From the NCBI GenBank assembly GCA_963833225.1, contig CAWHXD010000007.1, forward strand, positions 32,001-96,000: a DNA stretch of 64,000 nucleotides, given 5' to 3'. The notes under the pieces were generated by a model, which made no database searches, was not told the DNA's origin, and worked only from the letters and a program-made list of their open reading frames with translations. Numbering within the stretch: the stretch's first letter is position 1; every line of letters begins with the position of its first letter. Below are positions 19,579 through 28,516 of the stretch, in pieces. A program made the translations under genes and the position numbers. The stretch is from an uncultured Chloroflexia bacterium (GTDB lineage Bacteria; Chloroflexota; Limnocylindria; Limnocylindrales; CSP1-4).

Positions 19579-20406
19579 ATGGCTGCGTCCCCGAGTCCGA
19601 TCTCCCGCCTGATCCCAATCCTGGTGCGCCTGTATCCGCCGGACTGGCGAGCTCGCTACGAAGAGGAGCTCGCATCCCTCCTGGCGGACACGGTGCTCAC
19701 GCCGTCGGCCGTCCTCGACATCGCGCTCGGTGCGCTCGACGCGCGCATGAGCCGCGACTACCCGTCCGAGGCGGGTGCCGGCAGAAAGGTCCGCCGTCCC
19801 ATGCTTGACCGTCTCGCGCCGCTCGCCATCGTCCTCGGTGGCGTGTTCCTGGCCATGTTCATCGCTGTCTTCCTCGCCGCCGGGTCGCCCGAGGGTTACC
19901 CCAGCAGCGGACTCATGCTGCTCCTTTTCTACATCGTGCCGATCGCGGTGGGCATCTTGGCGATCGGCATCGCCGGGATCTCCCTCAGGCGGCTGAGCGA
20001 CGACCCGGTCGCGCGCGGACTTGGCCTCCTGGCGTCCGCGTTCGGGCTCGCCCTCGCAGGGGCCATCCTCGCCCTGTTCTTCGTGGGCGGTGTCGCGTGG
20101 GCCTCGCTGTCGCTGCTGATGCCGACCTTCGCGCTGGCTAGCGGCCTGCTCGGCCTGCGGATGCTCGTCGCCAGCCCGGGGGCGCGTCTGAAGGGCCTGC
20201 TCCTGACCGCTGGCCTAGTCGCTGCCTTCGCCTGGACGGTCGGCTGGTACCTGGAAGGTTCCTCGGTCACGCGCAGCGCCCAGGAGATGGCATCGCTCCT
20301 CCAGACCCTCGGGTTCGGCGTGCTGTTCGTCGGCTGGCTCGCCGTCGGCTTGCTCGATCTCCGGGGCGACAGGGTGCCCACGGCCGGGCGGGTCTCCGCG
20401 ACCTAG
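19579..20406 (+). CDS. PadR-associated membrane protein
   Basis: LYPPDWRARYEEEL motif followed by ~6 TM segments. Confidence 0.75.
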   Translation: MAASPSPISRLIPILVRLYPPDWRARYEEELASLLADTVLTPSAVLDIALGALDARMSRDYPSEAGAGRKVRRPMLDRLAPLAIVLGGVFLAMFIAVFLAAGSPEGYPSSGLMLLLFYIVPIAVGILAIGIAGISLRRLSDDPVARGLGLLASAFGLALAGAILALFFVGGVAWASLSLLMPTFALASGLLGLRMLVASPGARLKGLLLTAGLVAAFAWTVGWYLEGSSVTRSAQEMASLLQTLGFGVLFVGWLAVGLLDLRGDRVPTAGRVSAT

Positions 20407-20484
20407 CGCGAACCAGCCGGGCCGGCGACCAGACGTCGCGGACCCTGTGCGATCCGGGCGGCGGGTGATGGAGACGGGAGGGCT

Positions 20485-20925
20485 GTGATGTTCCGCGTGA
20501 GCGAGACGGTATCGGTCAGCAGGTCGCCCTCCGACGTGTTCCAGTTCGTCGCGGACCTGCGCAACTTCCCGGAGTGGCGGGCGAACCTCGCGTCCTCAGC
20601 GGTCGTGTCCGAGATCTTCACGGACGTCGGGGCCCGGTGCGACGAGCAGATCCAGATGGGCCCGCTAACCATCCCGGCCTCGTGCGAGATCACCGCCTTC
20701 TCGGCAGGGCGGAGTCTCTCGTTTCGGGCGCTGTCCTCCGGGCTCGTGTACGACGGGAACGTGGTCGTCGAGCCGGAACCCGGCGGGAGCACCTTCACCC
20801 TGTCGGGGGAGGTCCGCCTCAGTGGGCCCCTGCGACTGCTGCAGCCCGTCATCAGGGCACGCATGCAGGACGGCGTGCGCCGGGAGGCAGCCGCAGTCAA
20901 GGCCCGGTTTGAGGCGCTCGCCTGA
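20485..20925 (+). CDS. SRPBCC family protein
   Basis: VSRSPSDVFQFVADLRNFPEW. Confidence 0.8.
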   Translation: MMFRVSETVSVSRSPSDVFQFVADLRNFPEWRANLASSAVVSEIFTDVGARCDEQIQMGPLTIPASCEITAFSAGRSLSFRALSSGLVYDGNVVVEPEPGGSTFTLSGEVRLSGPLRLLQPVIRARMQDGVRREAAAVKARFEALA

Positions 20926-20930
20926 ACGCG

Positions 20931-21176
20931 TCAATCGTCCGAGTACTCCCCGCGCTCGGGCTCGGGCAGCCGCGGCGCGAGAATCCACACCTGCTGCGCC
21001 GTCGTCGTCACCCCCACCTTGGACCGGGCGTTCGCCAGGTGGTGCTTGACGGTCGAGTGCGAGATGCCGAGCCGGGCGGCGGCCGCCTTCTCGGATCCGG
21101 CAACGAGGACCGCGGCGACCACGACGACCTCGCGGTCCGTGGCGCGCTCGGCGGGGCGGGACGGCCGTCTGGTCAT
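20931..21176 (-). CDS. Small LuxR-type HTH protein
   Basis: TDREVVVV...KAAAARLGISHSTVKHHLANARSKVG; start overlaps the stop of an att-arm tail. Confidence 0.75.
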   Translation of the reverse strand: MTRRPSRPAERATDREVVVVAAVLVAGSEKAAAARLGISHSTVKHHLANARSKVGVTTTAQQVWILAPRLPEPERGEYSDD

Positions 21177-21256
21177 GCGCTCTGGAGCCATTCGGAATGC
21201 TCAGGAGGCTCGGCGAGACGCATGGTGATCGGAAGGTCGTTGGCGGCGGGCCTATG

Positions 21257-21272
21257 CCTCTCGCCCTGACCA
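21257..21272 (+). repeat. att-like core copy (1 mismatch)
   Basis: CCTCTCGCCCTGACCA. Confidence 0.8.
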
Positions 21273-21518
21273 GTCCCTTGGTCGCAGACACGCGTTCAGC
21301 CGACTCGGGCCAGCGCCGGCAGGTGATCGCGATCTCTGCCACTGGCTCTAACCTTCCGACCGCTGGACACTCCCGCGCGCGAACGATGCGTTCCATGCGT
21401 GGGAGGTGCCGGGAAATGCAGGACCCCGATCCGCTATGGAGCTGGCCGGCATCGCCGGCGCGTTCGTGGGCTTCGGGGCGCTCATCGCCGTGCGGGGTGG
21501 TGTGGTCGCCTGGCTATG

Positions 21519-21534
21519 CCCCTCGCCCCGACGT
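21519..21534 (+). repeat. Possible degenerate att core
   Basis: CTATGCCCCTCGCCCCGAC, sharing the CTATG context of the 21257 copy. Confidence 0.4.
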
Positions 21535-22301
21535 CGACGGCAGGGGTTGCCAGGCCGACGGAGGCAGTCCGTGACCAGTGCCTCTGGCGGGGGTGGTATA
21601 ACGCAACGAGACTCCGCACCCCACGGGAGGCTCTGGCGCGGCTCGAACCCTGGCCGCCGGAGCCGCGCCGAACCACTGGGAGGGACCAAGTGACGGGCTC
21701 CATGTCATCCGGGTCAGTCCAGGTCCAGTCATGACGGCAGGCACGCCAGACGCGTCGCGGGGCGAGGCGTTAGCCAGTAAGGGGCGGTCGATCTGCCAGC
21801 GCGCCTTGGCCGCGGCGTTGCGCGTCCTCTGCGATGGCACGGGCGGCATCGACGACACCAAGCTTCCCTCGGGTTACGCCGCGCCGTATCAGCGGGGTAG
21901 TCGCATGGTTCGCAACCTCTGGCACCTGCCTTTCTGACCCCAGCGGAGCGCTGCCGAGGCGGGTTGTACGTAGGCTCGAGTCTGGCAGTCAGATCGTCGA
22001 GTCCCTCCGCGCCGCCCGTGAGCCGCGTGTGATCGGCCCGTCCTACCAGGCGCAGCGCGCCGGCCGCGAGGCGCCCGATGGCTGACGCCCGAGGCGCTGG
22101 GCCGCCTTCGCCGATGCCGCGCCGGAGCTTGCTGCCCTCGAGCGCGAGGGCTTTGGCGAGCAGAACCTGACGGTGGGGAGTTGAGACCCATGGAGACTGC
22201 GCGATGCAAGTTGCGGTATGGCACGTTGGGGATCACGCGGCGAGGCGGATCGGGAGCGACCACATCGCCGGGACGTCAAGGTCGGTCGTGGAGGTTTGTC
22301 T

Positions 22302-22317
22302 CCTCTCGCCCCGACCA
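22302..22317 (+). repeat. att-like core copy (type A arm)
   Basis: 51-bp identity with 6811-6861. Confidence 0.95.
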
Positions 22318-22421
22318 GACTGACCCCCACCACCGTGGGTCCGAGTCGCCGATCCCAGCGCAGCCATTGGTGTCGAGTCGCGCCCGTTGCCATGCCCGGT
22401 CGGCTGCTCTATGCTTGACTC

Positions 22422-22670
22422 ATGACAGCAAGAGTCAAGCATCGTCGACGCGGCTATACCCGGGTCAGCGCGAAGCACCAGGTGACGCTCCCGGTGGAGG
22501 CCCTGCAGCGGGCTGGCATCCGGACGGGTGACACCCTGCGTGCCGAGGTTCGAGGCCCGGGAGAGGTCCTCCTGGTCCGGGACGTCGATCCCGTGACCCA
22601 GTTCGCCGGCGTGCTGACCGGTGTCTACACGCCCGCCGAGCTCGACAACCTGCGCGACGAGTGGGACTGA
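22422..22670 (+). CDS. AbrB/MazE-type antitoxin
   Basis: TRVSAKHQVTLP...GIRTGD...LRDEW. Confidence 0.85.
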   Translation: MTARVKHRRRGYTRVSAKHQVTLPVEALQRAGIRTGDTLRAEVRGPGEVLLVRDVDPVTQFAGVLTGVYTPAELDNLRDEWD

Positions 22671-23074
22671 CCGTCCTCGACGCGGGCGTCGTGATCGCGG
22701 TCCTCGATGCCGGCGACACGCACCACGCGGTCGCCGCGATGGCGCTGACGGACGCGCGCGATCGGGGCGACGAGCTCGTCATCCCGGTGTCCGCCTACGC
22801 CGAGTGCCTCGTCTCGCCCAGTCGGACTGGGCAAGCGGCCGTCGTCACGGTGGACCGGTTCCTCGACGGCCTTCCCGCGCGTGTCGAGCCTGCGACCCGC
22901 GTCATCGGCGCCGCCGCGGCCGCCCTTCGGGGCGCGCATGGACCTTCTCTGCGCCTGCCGGACGCCCTGGTCGTCGCCACGGCCATCGTGCTCGACGCAA
23001 ATCGCATCATCACGACGGACGCGCGCTGGCCGGCACTCGCCGTCAGTGTCGAGGTGCTCAGCAAGGACGGCTAG
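22661..23074 (+). CDS. PIN-domain toxin
   Basis: VLDAGVVIA...YAECLV...LRLPDALVVATA...TTD. Confidence 0.88.
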   Translation: MGLTVLDAGVVIAVLDAGDTHHAVAAMALTDARDRGDELVIPVSAYAECLVSPSRTGQAAVVTVDRFLDGLPARVEPATRVIGAAAAALRGAHGPSLRLPDALVVATAIVLDANRIITTDARWPALAVSVEVLSKDG

Positions 23075-23089
23075 AGCCCGGGCATCGAT

Positions 23090-23374
23090 GGGCTCGGTTC
23101 TGCGGGGACGACTCGTTCGGCTGCGGGTGCACCGCGAGCAGCTGGGACCCCTGGACGTCGACCCGAGTGAAGATCTCGTGCAGCGCCTCCTCGCGCAGCC
23201 GGTCCGGGACTGCCGGGTTCCGCCAGAGGGTGCCGAACTCGGCCAAACGCTTGCGGGCGCGACGCAGCCGGGGCTCGTCGGGAAGCGCCGGACCCGAGAC
23301 CACAGGGCGCTCCGTGCGACGCCAGGCGCGACTGCACGCCTCGATCGTGAGCTTGCCGGCCGCCACTTCCCGCT
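23090..23374 (-). pseudogene. Fragment of a divergent LSR C-terminal region, interrupted by IS110 (continues at 24807-24850)
   Basis: LAEFGTLW...EEALHEIFTRVDVQG parallels LESLPELW...HAIAEAVFERIDVLG in the 3889 LSR. Confidence 0.55.
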
Positions 23375-23392
23375 AGATCCCATAGGGTCTTG

Positions 23393-24583
23393 TCAAGCCT
23401 CGGCCCCCCAGTCCGGGTCGAAGTCCGCTCCGTTGCGCCAGACGCCCCAGACGATGCTCAGAGCCTTGCGCATGCAGTGGCCGAGCGCGTTCATCTTGCT
23501 CTTGCCGGCGGCCCGCTTCCGGGCGTAGTGGGCAGCGATGACCGGGTTGTGCTGGACCCCGACGACCGCCATCCGGTACGCCGCTGCCCGGAGGTTGGCG
23601 TTGCCGGCCTTGCTCATGTGCCAGGAGGTCTCGGGGTTCGCCCCCTTGCGGCCCGAGCTCCGCTCGGCCGGGTGGACGCCGGCATAGGCGAGGAGCTGGT
23701 CGAAGTCGGTGAAGCGCCCGATGTCGCCGATCTCAGCGAGCAGGGTGGCGGCGATCGAGGGCCCGACACCCGGGATGGTCTGGAGCCGGCTGGCCGTCTC
23801 GCCGTCGAGGAGTCCCGCGACCCGCCGGTCGGCGTCGCCGATCTGGCGTTCGAGCAGGTCGTACTGGTCGAGCAGGAGGTCGACCTCGAAGGCGATCTCG
23901 GCGTCAAGCCCGGGCACCGCGATCGAGTCGGCCGCAGCCGCCTGGAGCCACTCCGCCTTCGCCGTCCCGAGGCGTCGGTGACCCGGACCGGCATTGGCGT
24001 TGGCCAGGGTCGACGTCCGGCGACGGGTGGCAGCGCGTGCCGTCGGCGCGATGCGCAGCACCTCCCGGGCCGTTCGGCAGGTCGGGTCGTCGAACAGCTC
24101 GCCGAGCTCCGGGAAGCCGAGCTCGACGAGGCGGATGAGGCGCTGGCAGACCCTGGCCTGCTCGGTCACCAGGGTCATCGCGAAGCGGGCCGCCTGGCGC
24201 AGCTCGGCGCCGGCGAGCGGATCGCGGGTGTCGGGCGTGTCGCGCATGGCCATCTCGGCAAGGCTCCGGGCGTCGGCCGGGTCGGACTTCGTGCGGCCCA
24301 GGCGGCTCCTCGCAAAGTACTTCGCCGCGAGCGGGTTGACCACCGCGACCGGGACATCGCGCCGCCGCAGGTGACTGGCCAGCGGCATCCAGTAGTGGCC
24401 CGACGACTCCATCGTCACGAGCGTCACGGGTTCCGGCTGCTGCTCGAGCCAGGTGTCGAGGGCAGTGAAGCCCGCTCGGTCCTGGCTGACCCGGAGGATC
24501 TCCCGGTCGGCCCGGGACTCGCCGTCCCGGCAGCGGGCTGCGACGTGCGTCCGTCCCCCGATGTCGATCCCGATCGTCGTCAT
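23393..24583 (-). CDS. IS110 DEDD recombinase/transposase
   Basis: GIDIG, MESSG, KSDPADA; IPGVG...AYAGVHPAERSSG. Confidence 0.95.
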   Translation of the reverse strand: MTTIGIDIGGRTHVAARCRDGESRADREILRVSQDRAGFTALDTWLEQQPEPVTLVTMESSGHYWMPLASHLRRRDVPVAVVNPLAAKYFARSRLGRTKSDPADARSLAEMAMRDTPDTRDPLAGAELRQAARFAMTLVTEQARVCQRLIRLVELGFPELGELFDDPTCRTAREVLRIAPTARAATRRRTSTLANANAGPGHRRLGTAKAEWLQAAAADSIAVPGLDAEIAFEVDLLLDQYDLLERQIGDADRRVAGLLDGETASRLQTIPGVGPSIAATLLAEIGDIGRFTDFDQLLAYAGVHPAERSSGRKGANPETSWHMSKAGNANLRAAAYRMAVVGVQHNPVIAAHYARKRAAGKSKMNALGHCMRKALSIVWGVWRNGADFDPDWGAEA

Positions 24584-24599
24584 CCTGGCCAGCCTCCTT

Positions 24600-24792
24600 C
24601 GGCGGACCTCAAGGGGGTCCCGGACGCCCCGGCCGACGTCACCTGACGGGTCCGATCACCGGTCAACTGCCGCAGGATCCCGATCACCGTTCACGGCCGA
24701 AGGTCGGGGGCCGGACACTAGCGACAACGGTCATCTGCCGGATAGGGCTGCGCCGGTCTCCCCGTGGAGGTCGATGTCATGATCGACCCACA
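24600..24792 (-). ncRNA. Candidate IS110 bridge RNA
   Basis: 5' hairpin at 24769-24788, then segments matching the target (24743-24749, 24718-24723) and donor (24676-24681, 24643-24646) in the expected order. Confidence 0.65.
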
Positions 24793-24923
24793 AGGCGGTA
24801 TATCAGGGCTCTGCGCGGGCCGCCTCCACGTCGACCGGATGCGGACACGATCGTGCGGAACGCTGTCGACGACCCCGCCGGATTGGGCGGTTCTCCAAGC
24901 CCACTGAGCGCCCACAGGCCTAG

Positions 24924-26744
24924 GTGGCCGGTGTGAAACGCGCGTTCTGACGGGCTGACGGACAGGCTCGGGCGCAGCGACGATTCTCCCTGGCAGGAGC
25001 TGCCGGGCTGATCGCAGGAGCACACCGATGTCGCAGGGATCCGCACCCCGCCAGGCCGACCTGTTCCGCGACACCGCGAGCTTCGTCGGGCCGCTGGTCC
25101 GATCCGACTCGATCCATGCCCTGCTCGCCCGAGAGTGCCACGCGCTGTTCCCTGACGAGCTGTTCAGCGACCTGTTCGCGGCGGGCGTCGGCCGGCGCTC
25201 GGTGCCGCCCCTGGTCGTCGCGGTCGTGATGGTCCTCCAGCGCCTCGAGGGCCTGTCCGACCGCGAGGCCGTCGAGCGGTACACCTTCGACGCGCGCTGG
25301 AAGTACGCCGCCGGCGGCCAGCCCTTCGATGCCCCGGGCTTCGCCCACACGGTGCTCGTCGACATGCGGGCGAGGCTCGCCCGCTCGGAGCGGCCCAACC
25401 GGATCTTCGAGCGCACGCTCGAGGTCGCGAAGGGTGCGGGGCTCCTCGGGGTGCGCCGGGTGCTCGACTCCACGCCCCTGTACGACGCGGTCGCGACCAT
25501 GGACACGGTCACCCTGGTCCGCTCGGCGATCCGGGGCGTGCTCGCGGCATCAGGCGAGCGCGAGCCCGGCCTGCGCACCGTCCTCCGGCGCGACGACGAC
25601 TACCGCCAGGGCGGCAAGCCCGCCGCGGACTGGGATGACGCCACCGCCCGGGCGGCCCTGGTCGACGCCCTCGCCCGCGACGGGGAGGCCGTGCTCGCCG
25701 GGCTCGAGGGCGAGCCGCTCGAGGCTCCGCTTGCCGAGGCCGCGGTCCTGCTCGCCACGGTGCTCGGCCAGGACCTCGAGCCGGGTCCGGACGGCCGGGT
25801 GCGGATCGCCCGGCGGGTCGCCCCCGACCGGGTGATCAGCACGGTCGATCCCGACACCCGCCACGGCCACAAGACGCAGGCCCGCGGGTTCGACGGGTAC
25901 AAGGGCCACGTCGCGATCGACCCCGACCATGAGCTCGTCACCGCGACCGCGGTCACCCCGGGCAACGCCGGCGACGCGTCGATCGCCCTTGCGCTGCTCG
26001 CGGACGACCTGGCGGACGCCGCACCCGCCACCCCGCCCGTCGTGTACGGCGACGCGGCGTACGGGACGGGCCCGCTGCTCGCGGCCCTCGGGCAGCACGG
26101 TGCCGTCAGCCGCCTCAAGGTCCAGTCGCCGGCCGGCATCGGGGGCCACTTCACCAAGGACGACTTCACGATCGACCTCGCCGCCGGCACGATCACCTGC
26201 CCGGCGGGCCGGACCGCGCCGCTGATCCGTCATGCCCCAGGCTTCGAGGCCCGGTTCCGGTCCGCCTGCGCCACCTGCCCGCTGGTCAGCCGGTGCACGA
26301 CCTCGGCTCGCGGTCGCTCGATCGCTGTCGGCCCGCACGAGGCGCTTCTCACTGCCGGCCGCGCCGACACGCGCGACCCCGCCTGGCTCGCCGACTACCG
26401 GGCAACGCGGCCGAAGGTCGAGCGCAAGCTCGCCCATCTCGTCCGCCGACGACACGGCGGGCGGCGGGCTCGTGTCCGCGGCAGGCTGAAGGTTGGCGCC
26501 GACTTCGCCCTCCTCGCCGCCGCGGTCAACCTCGCACGCCTCGCGGTCCTCCGGGTGACGGGATCTGGCGGGACCTGGGCGGTCCGGCCAGCCTGACGGA
26601 GGGCCAAGGCCCGCCTCGGGGAGCAGCCGGAGCACGCTCGGGGGACGGTTGCCGCATGATCCGGGCGCCAATCACCTGATCACATCCACAGACCACACGC
26701 GGGGTCCCGTCAGCCCGTCAGAACGCGCGTTTCACACCGGCCAC
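24924..26744 (+). mobile_element. IS1182/IS5-like element
   Basis: Perfect 38-bp inverted repeats at 24924-24961 and 26707-26744, flanked by CTAG at 24920-24923 and 26745-26748. Confidence 0.9.
25028..26596 (+). CDS. IS1182-family DDE transposase
   Basis: GRRSVPP..LQRLEGLSDRE; LDST; DGYKGH; YGDAAYG; CPAG..CATCPL..C; RPKVERK. Confidence 0.9.
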   Translation: MSQGSAPRQADLFRDTASFVGPLVRSDSIHALLARECHALFPDELFSDLFAAGVGRRSVPPLVVAVVMVLQRLEGLSDREAVERYTFDARWKYAAGGQPFDAPGFAHTVLVDMRARLARSERPNRIFERTLEVAKGAGLLGVRRVLDSTPLYDAVATMDTVTLVRSAIRGVLAASGEREPGLRTVLRRDDDYRQGGKPAADWDDATARAALVDALARDGEAVLAGLEGEPLEAPLAEAAVLLATVLGQDLEPGPDGRVRIARRVAPDRVISTVDPDTRHGHKTQARGFDGYKGHVAIDPDHELVTATAVTPGNAGDASIALALLADDLADAAPATPPVVYGDAAYGTGPLLAALGQHGAVSRLKVQSPAGIGGHFTKDDFTIDLAAGTITCPAGRTAPLIRHAPGFEARFRSACATCPLVSRCTTSARGRSIAVGPHEALLTAGRADTRDPAWLADYRATRPKVERKLAHLVRRRHGGRRARVRGRLKVGADFALLAAAVNLARLAVLRVTGSGGTWAVRPA

Positions 26745-26748
26745 CTAG

Positions 26749-26890
26749 GGGCGGCCGGATCGGCTCCAGGCCCGGCACCACCAGCCACCCCTCCGCCCGC
26801 CCCTGGTAGATCAGCTGCTCGGTCATGAGGCCCGACCGAGCCCGCAGGTCGGCCAGGCGGCGCCTCACTGTGCTGGGCCGGATGCCCACA
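26749..26890 (-). pseudogene. Second small LuxR-like HTH fragment, cut by the IS
   Basis: GIRPSTVRRRLADLRARSGLMTEQLIY. Confidence 0.5.
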
Positions 26891-26971
26891 CCTCGACCCG
26901 GCGTGGGGCCACAGCGGCCGACCCGGCGGTCCGGCATGTTGGCGGCGCGGGACCTGCGGCAGATCGGGGCT

Positions 26972-27700
26972 TCAGGCAGCGAGCCCGATCACCAGCCACA
27001 TGAACGCAACGCCCAGCACCGTGCAGGCAATGGTCAGCCGGCTGGGGTGGTGCGCGTGGGCCTCGGGCAGGATATCGGAGGTCGCGAGGTAGAGCAGGAT
27101 CCCGGCGAAGAACCCGAGATAGAGGCCGAGGGCCGAACGGGGAAACGTGAACAGCAGGGTGCTCGCGGCCCCGACCACTGGGGCCAGCGCGTCGAGGGCC
27201 AGCAGCGTCAGCGCACGGCGGCGGTTGTTGCCGTACAGGGACGTGATCGTGTAGGTGTTGAACCCGTCGGCGAAGTCATGGGCGATGACGGCCACCGCAA
27301 CCGTAACCCCGACGGTCGCGCTTGCCTGGAATGCCACGCCGATCGCGAAGCCGTCCATCACGCTGTGCCCCACGAGCGCCGATCCGGCAAACAGCCCGAT
27401 CCCGGGCCTGTGCTGGTGGGCCGACCACTCGTCCTCGTGCGCGCGGTGGACCCCCATCCAGCGCTCGATCAAGTGCAGCACGAGGAAGCCCGCCACCAGC
27501 ATGATGAACGGAGCCTGGACGTGGAACCACAGAGCGGGTTCCTGGTCCAGGGCCTCGGGCAGCAGATCGAAGCCCACCACGCCCAACATCAACCCGGCGG
27601 CCAGGCCCAGCACGAGGTGCTGGTGGTCGCGGATCCGAAGCGCCGCCCATCCCCCGAGGAGCGTGGTGGCGAACGAGCCAAGTGAGACGAAGACCGGCAC
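26972..27700 (-). CDS. ZIP family metal permease
   Basis: LAAGLML...LLPEA; HSVMDG; AHDFADG; His-rich loop. Confidence 0.88.
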   Translation of the reverse strand: MPVFVSLGSFATTLLGGWAALRIRDHQHLVLGLAAGLMLGVVGFDLLPEALDQEPALWFHVQAPFIMLVAGFLVLHLIERWMGVHRAHEDEWSAHQHRPGIGLFAGSALVGHSVMDGFAIGVAFQASATVGVTVAVAVIAHDFADGFNTYTITSLYGNNRRRALTLLALDALAPVVGAASTLLFTFPRSALGLYLGFFAGILLYLATSDILPEAHAHHPSRLTIACTVLGVAFMWLVIGLAA

Positions 27701-28220
27701 GGCGATCTAGCCTGCCGACGGGCGGCGGGGCCGGAGATGCGGCGATGCCCGATTCGCTGGCGCGACCGCGCCACGAGGAAGCCGACGGTGCACGGTTCCA
27801 TTCTGCGCAATTCGGCGGGCGTCAGCGGCCGCCCGCCCGAACGAAACCACGAATGGACCGCTGCGCCAGTGCCCCCCGACCCGCGCAGGCTGATGACGAG
27901 CTCGGTGTCCTCGGCCACGAGCTCCACGCGCTGGCCGCGGATGCCCGCCGACGCGGTGTGCCGGGCGCTGGCGAAGCGGACCGTCGAGAGCATGTCGATC
28001 TCCCACGAGGTGCTCGACGACGCCCTCGGACTCGGGACGGGCGGCCTCGCAGGAGTCGGGCCTGCGGCCGCACCCCGACCCGACCTCTGCTCCGTCGCGG
28101 GGTCGCCTACGACCCGACGGCCTCGGTGGACTGGCTGGAAGCTGCCTTCATCCGCTATCCCCGTGGTGACACAACTTCTCAGAGTCGGAAGCCTGACCAA
28201 TCGATATCGTCGTCGCGACT

Positions 28221-28236
28221 CCTCTCCCCCCGACCA
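28221..28236 (+). repeat. att-like core copy (type B arm, 1 mismatch)
   Basis: TCGATATCGTCGTCGCGACT-CCTCTCCCCCCGACCA. Confidence 0.85.
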
Positions 28237-28516
28237 TGAACAGCCGCCGAATCGCGTCACGAACCGGTTCCTGCGCGGGGCATCCGATCGCGCGGGGTTC
28301 AACCCCCACGGGATCTGTGATGCGGCTGCGCCCGCTGCGCCGCAGGCGGAGACCCGCGGGCTCCCGATGATGCGGCGATCGCCGACCCTGCTGGCCCGAG
28401 GTGGGGCCGTATGAGGCCGTGATCGCCGGATATGCGGGTGGCCTCATCGAGATGGCAGTCGAACTCCGGCGGTTCGGCCCTGAGCCACCGATGGTGCGGG
28501 GGCGCATCATGACCTC

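Larger units (their letters stand above)
23375..24806 (-). mobile_element. IS110-family element with CT core at both ends
   Basis: Right end ...TTGACAAGACCCTATGGGAT-CT; left end CT-GATATACC; removing the element rejoins the flanks in frame (VDVEAARAEP*REVAAGKL). Confidence 0.8.

Noticed and set aside
21730-22190. Possible gene remnant between att copies
   Set aside because: Broken frames and no recognisable motif; cannot be assigned without a homology search
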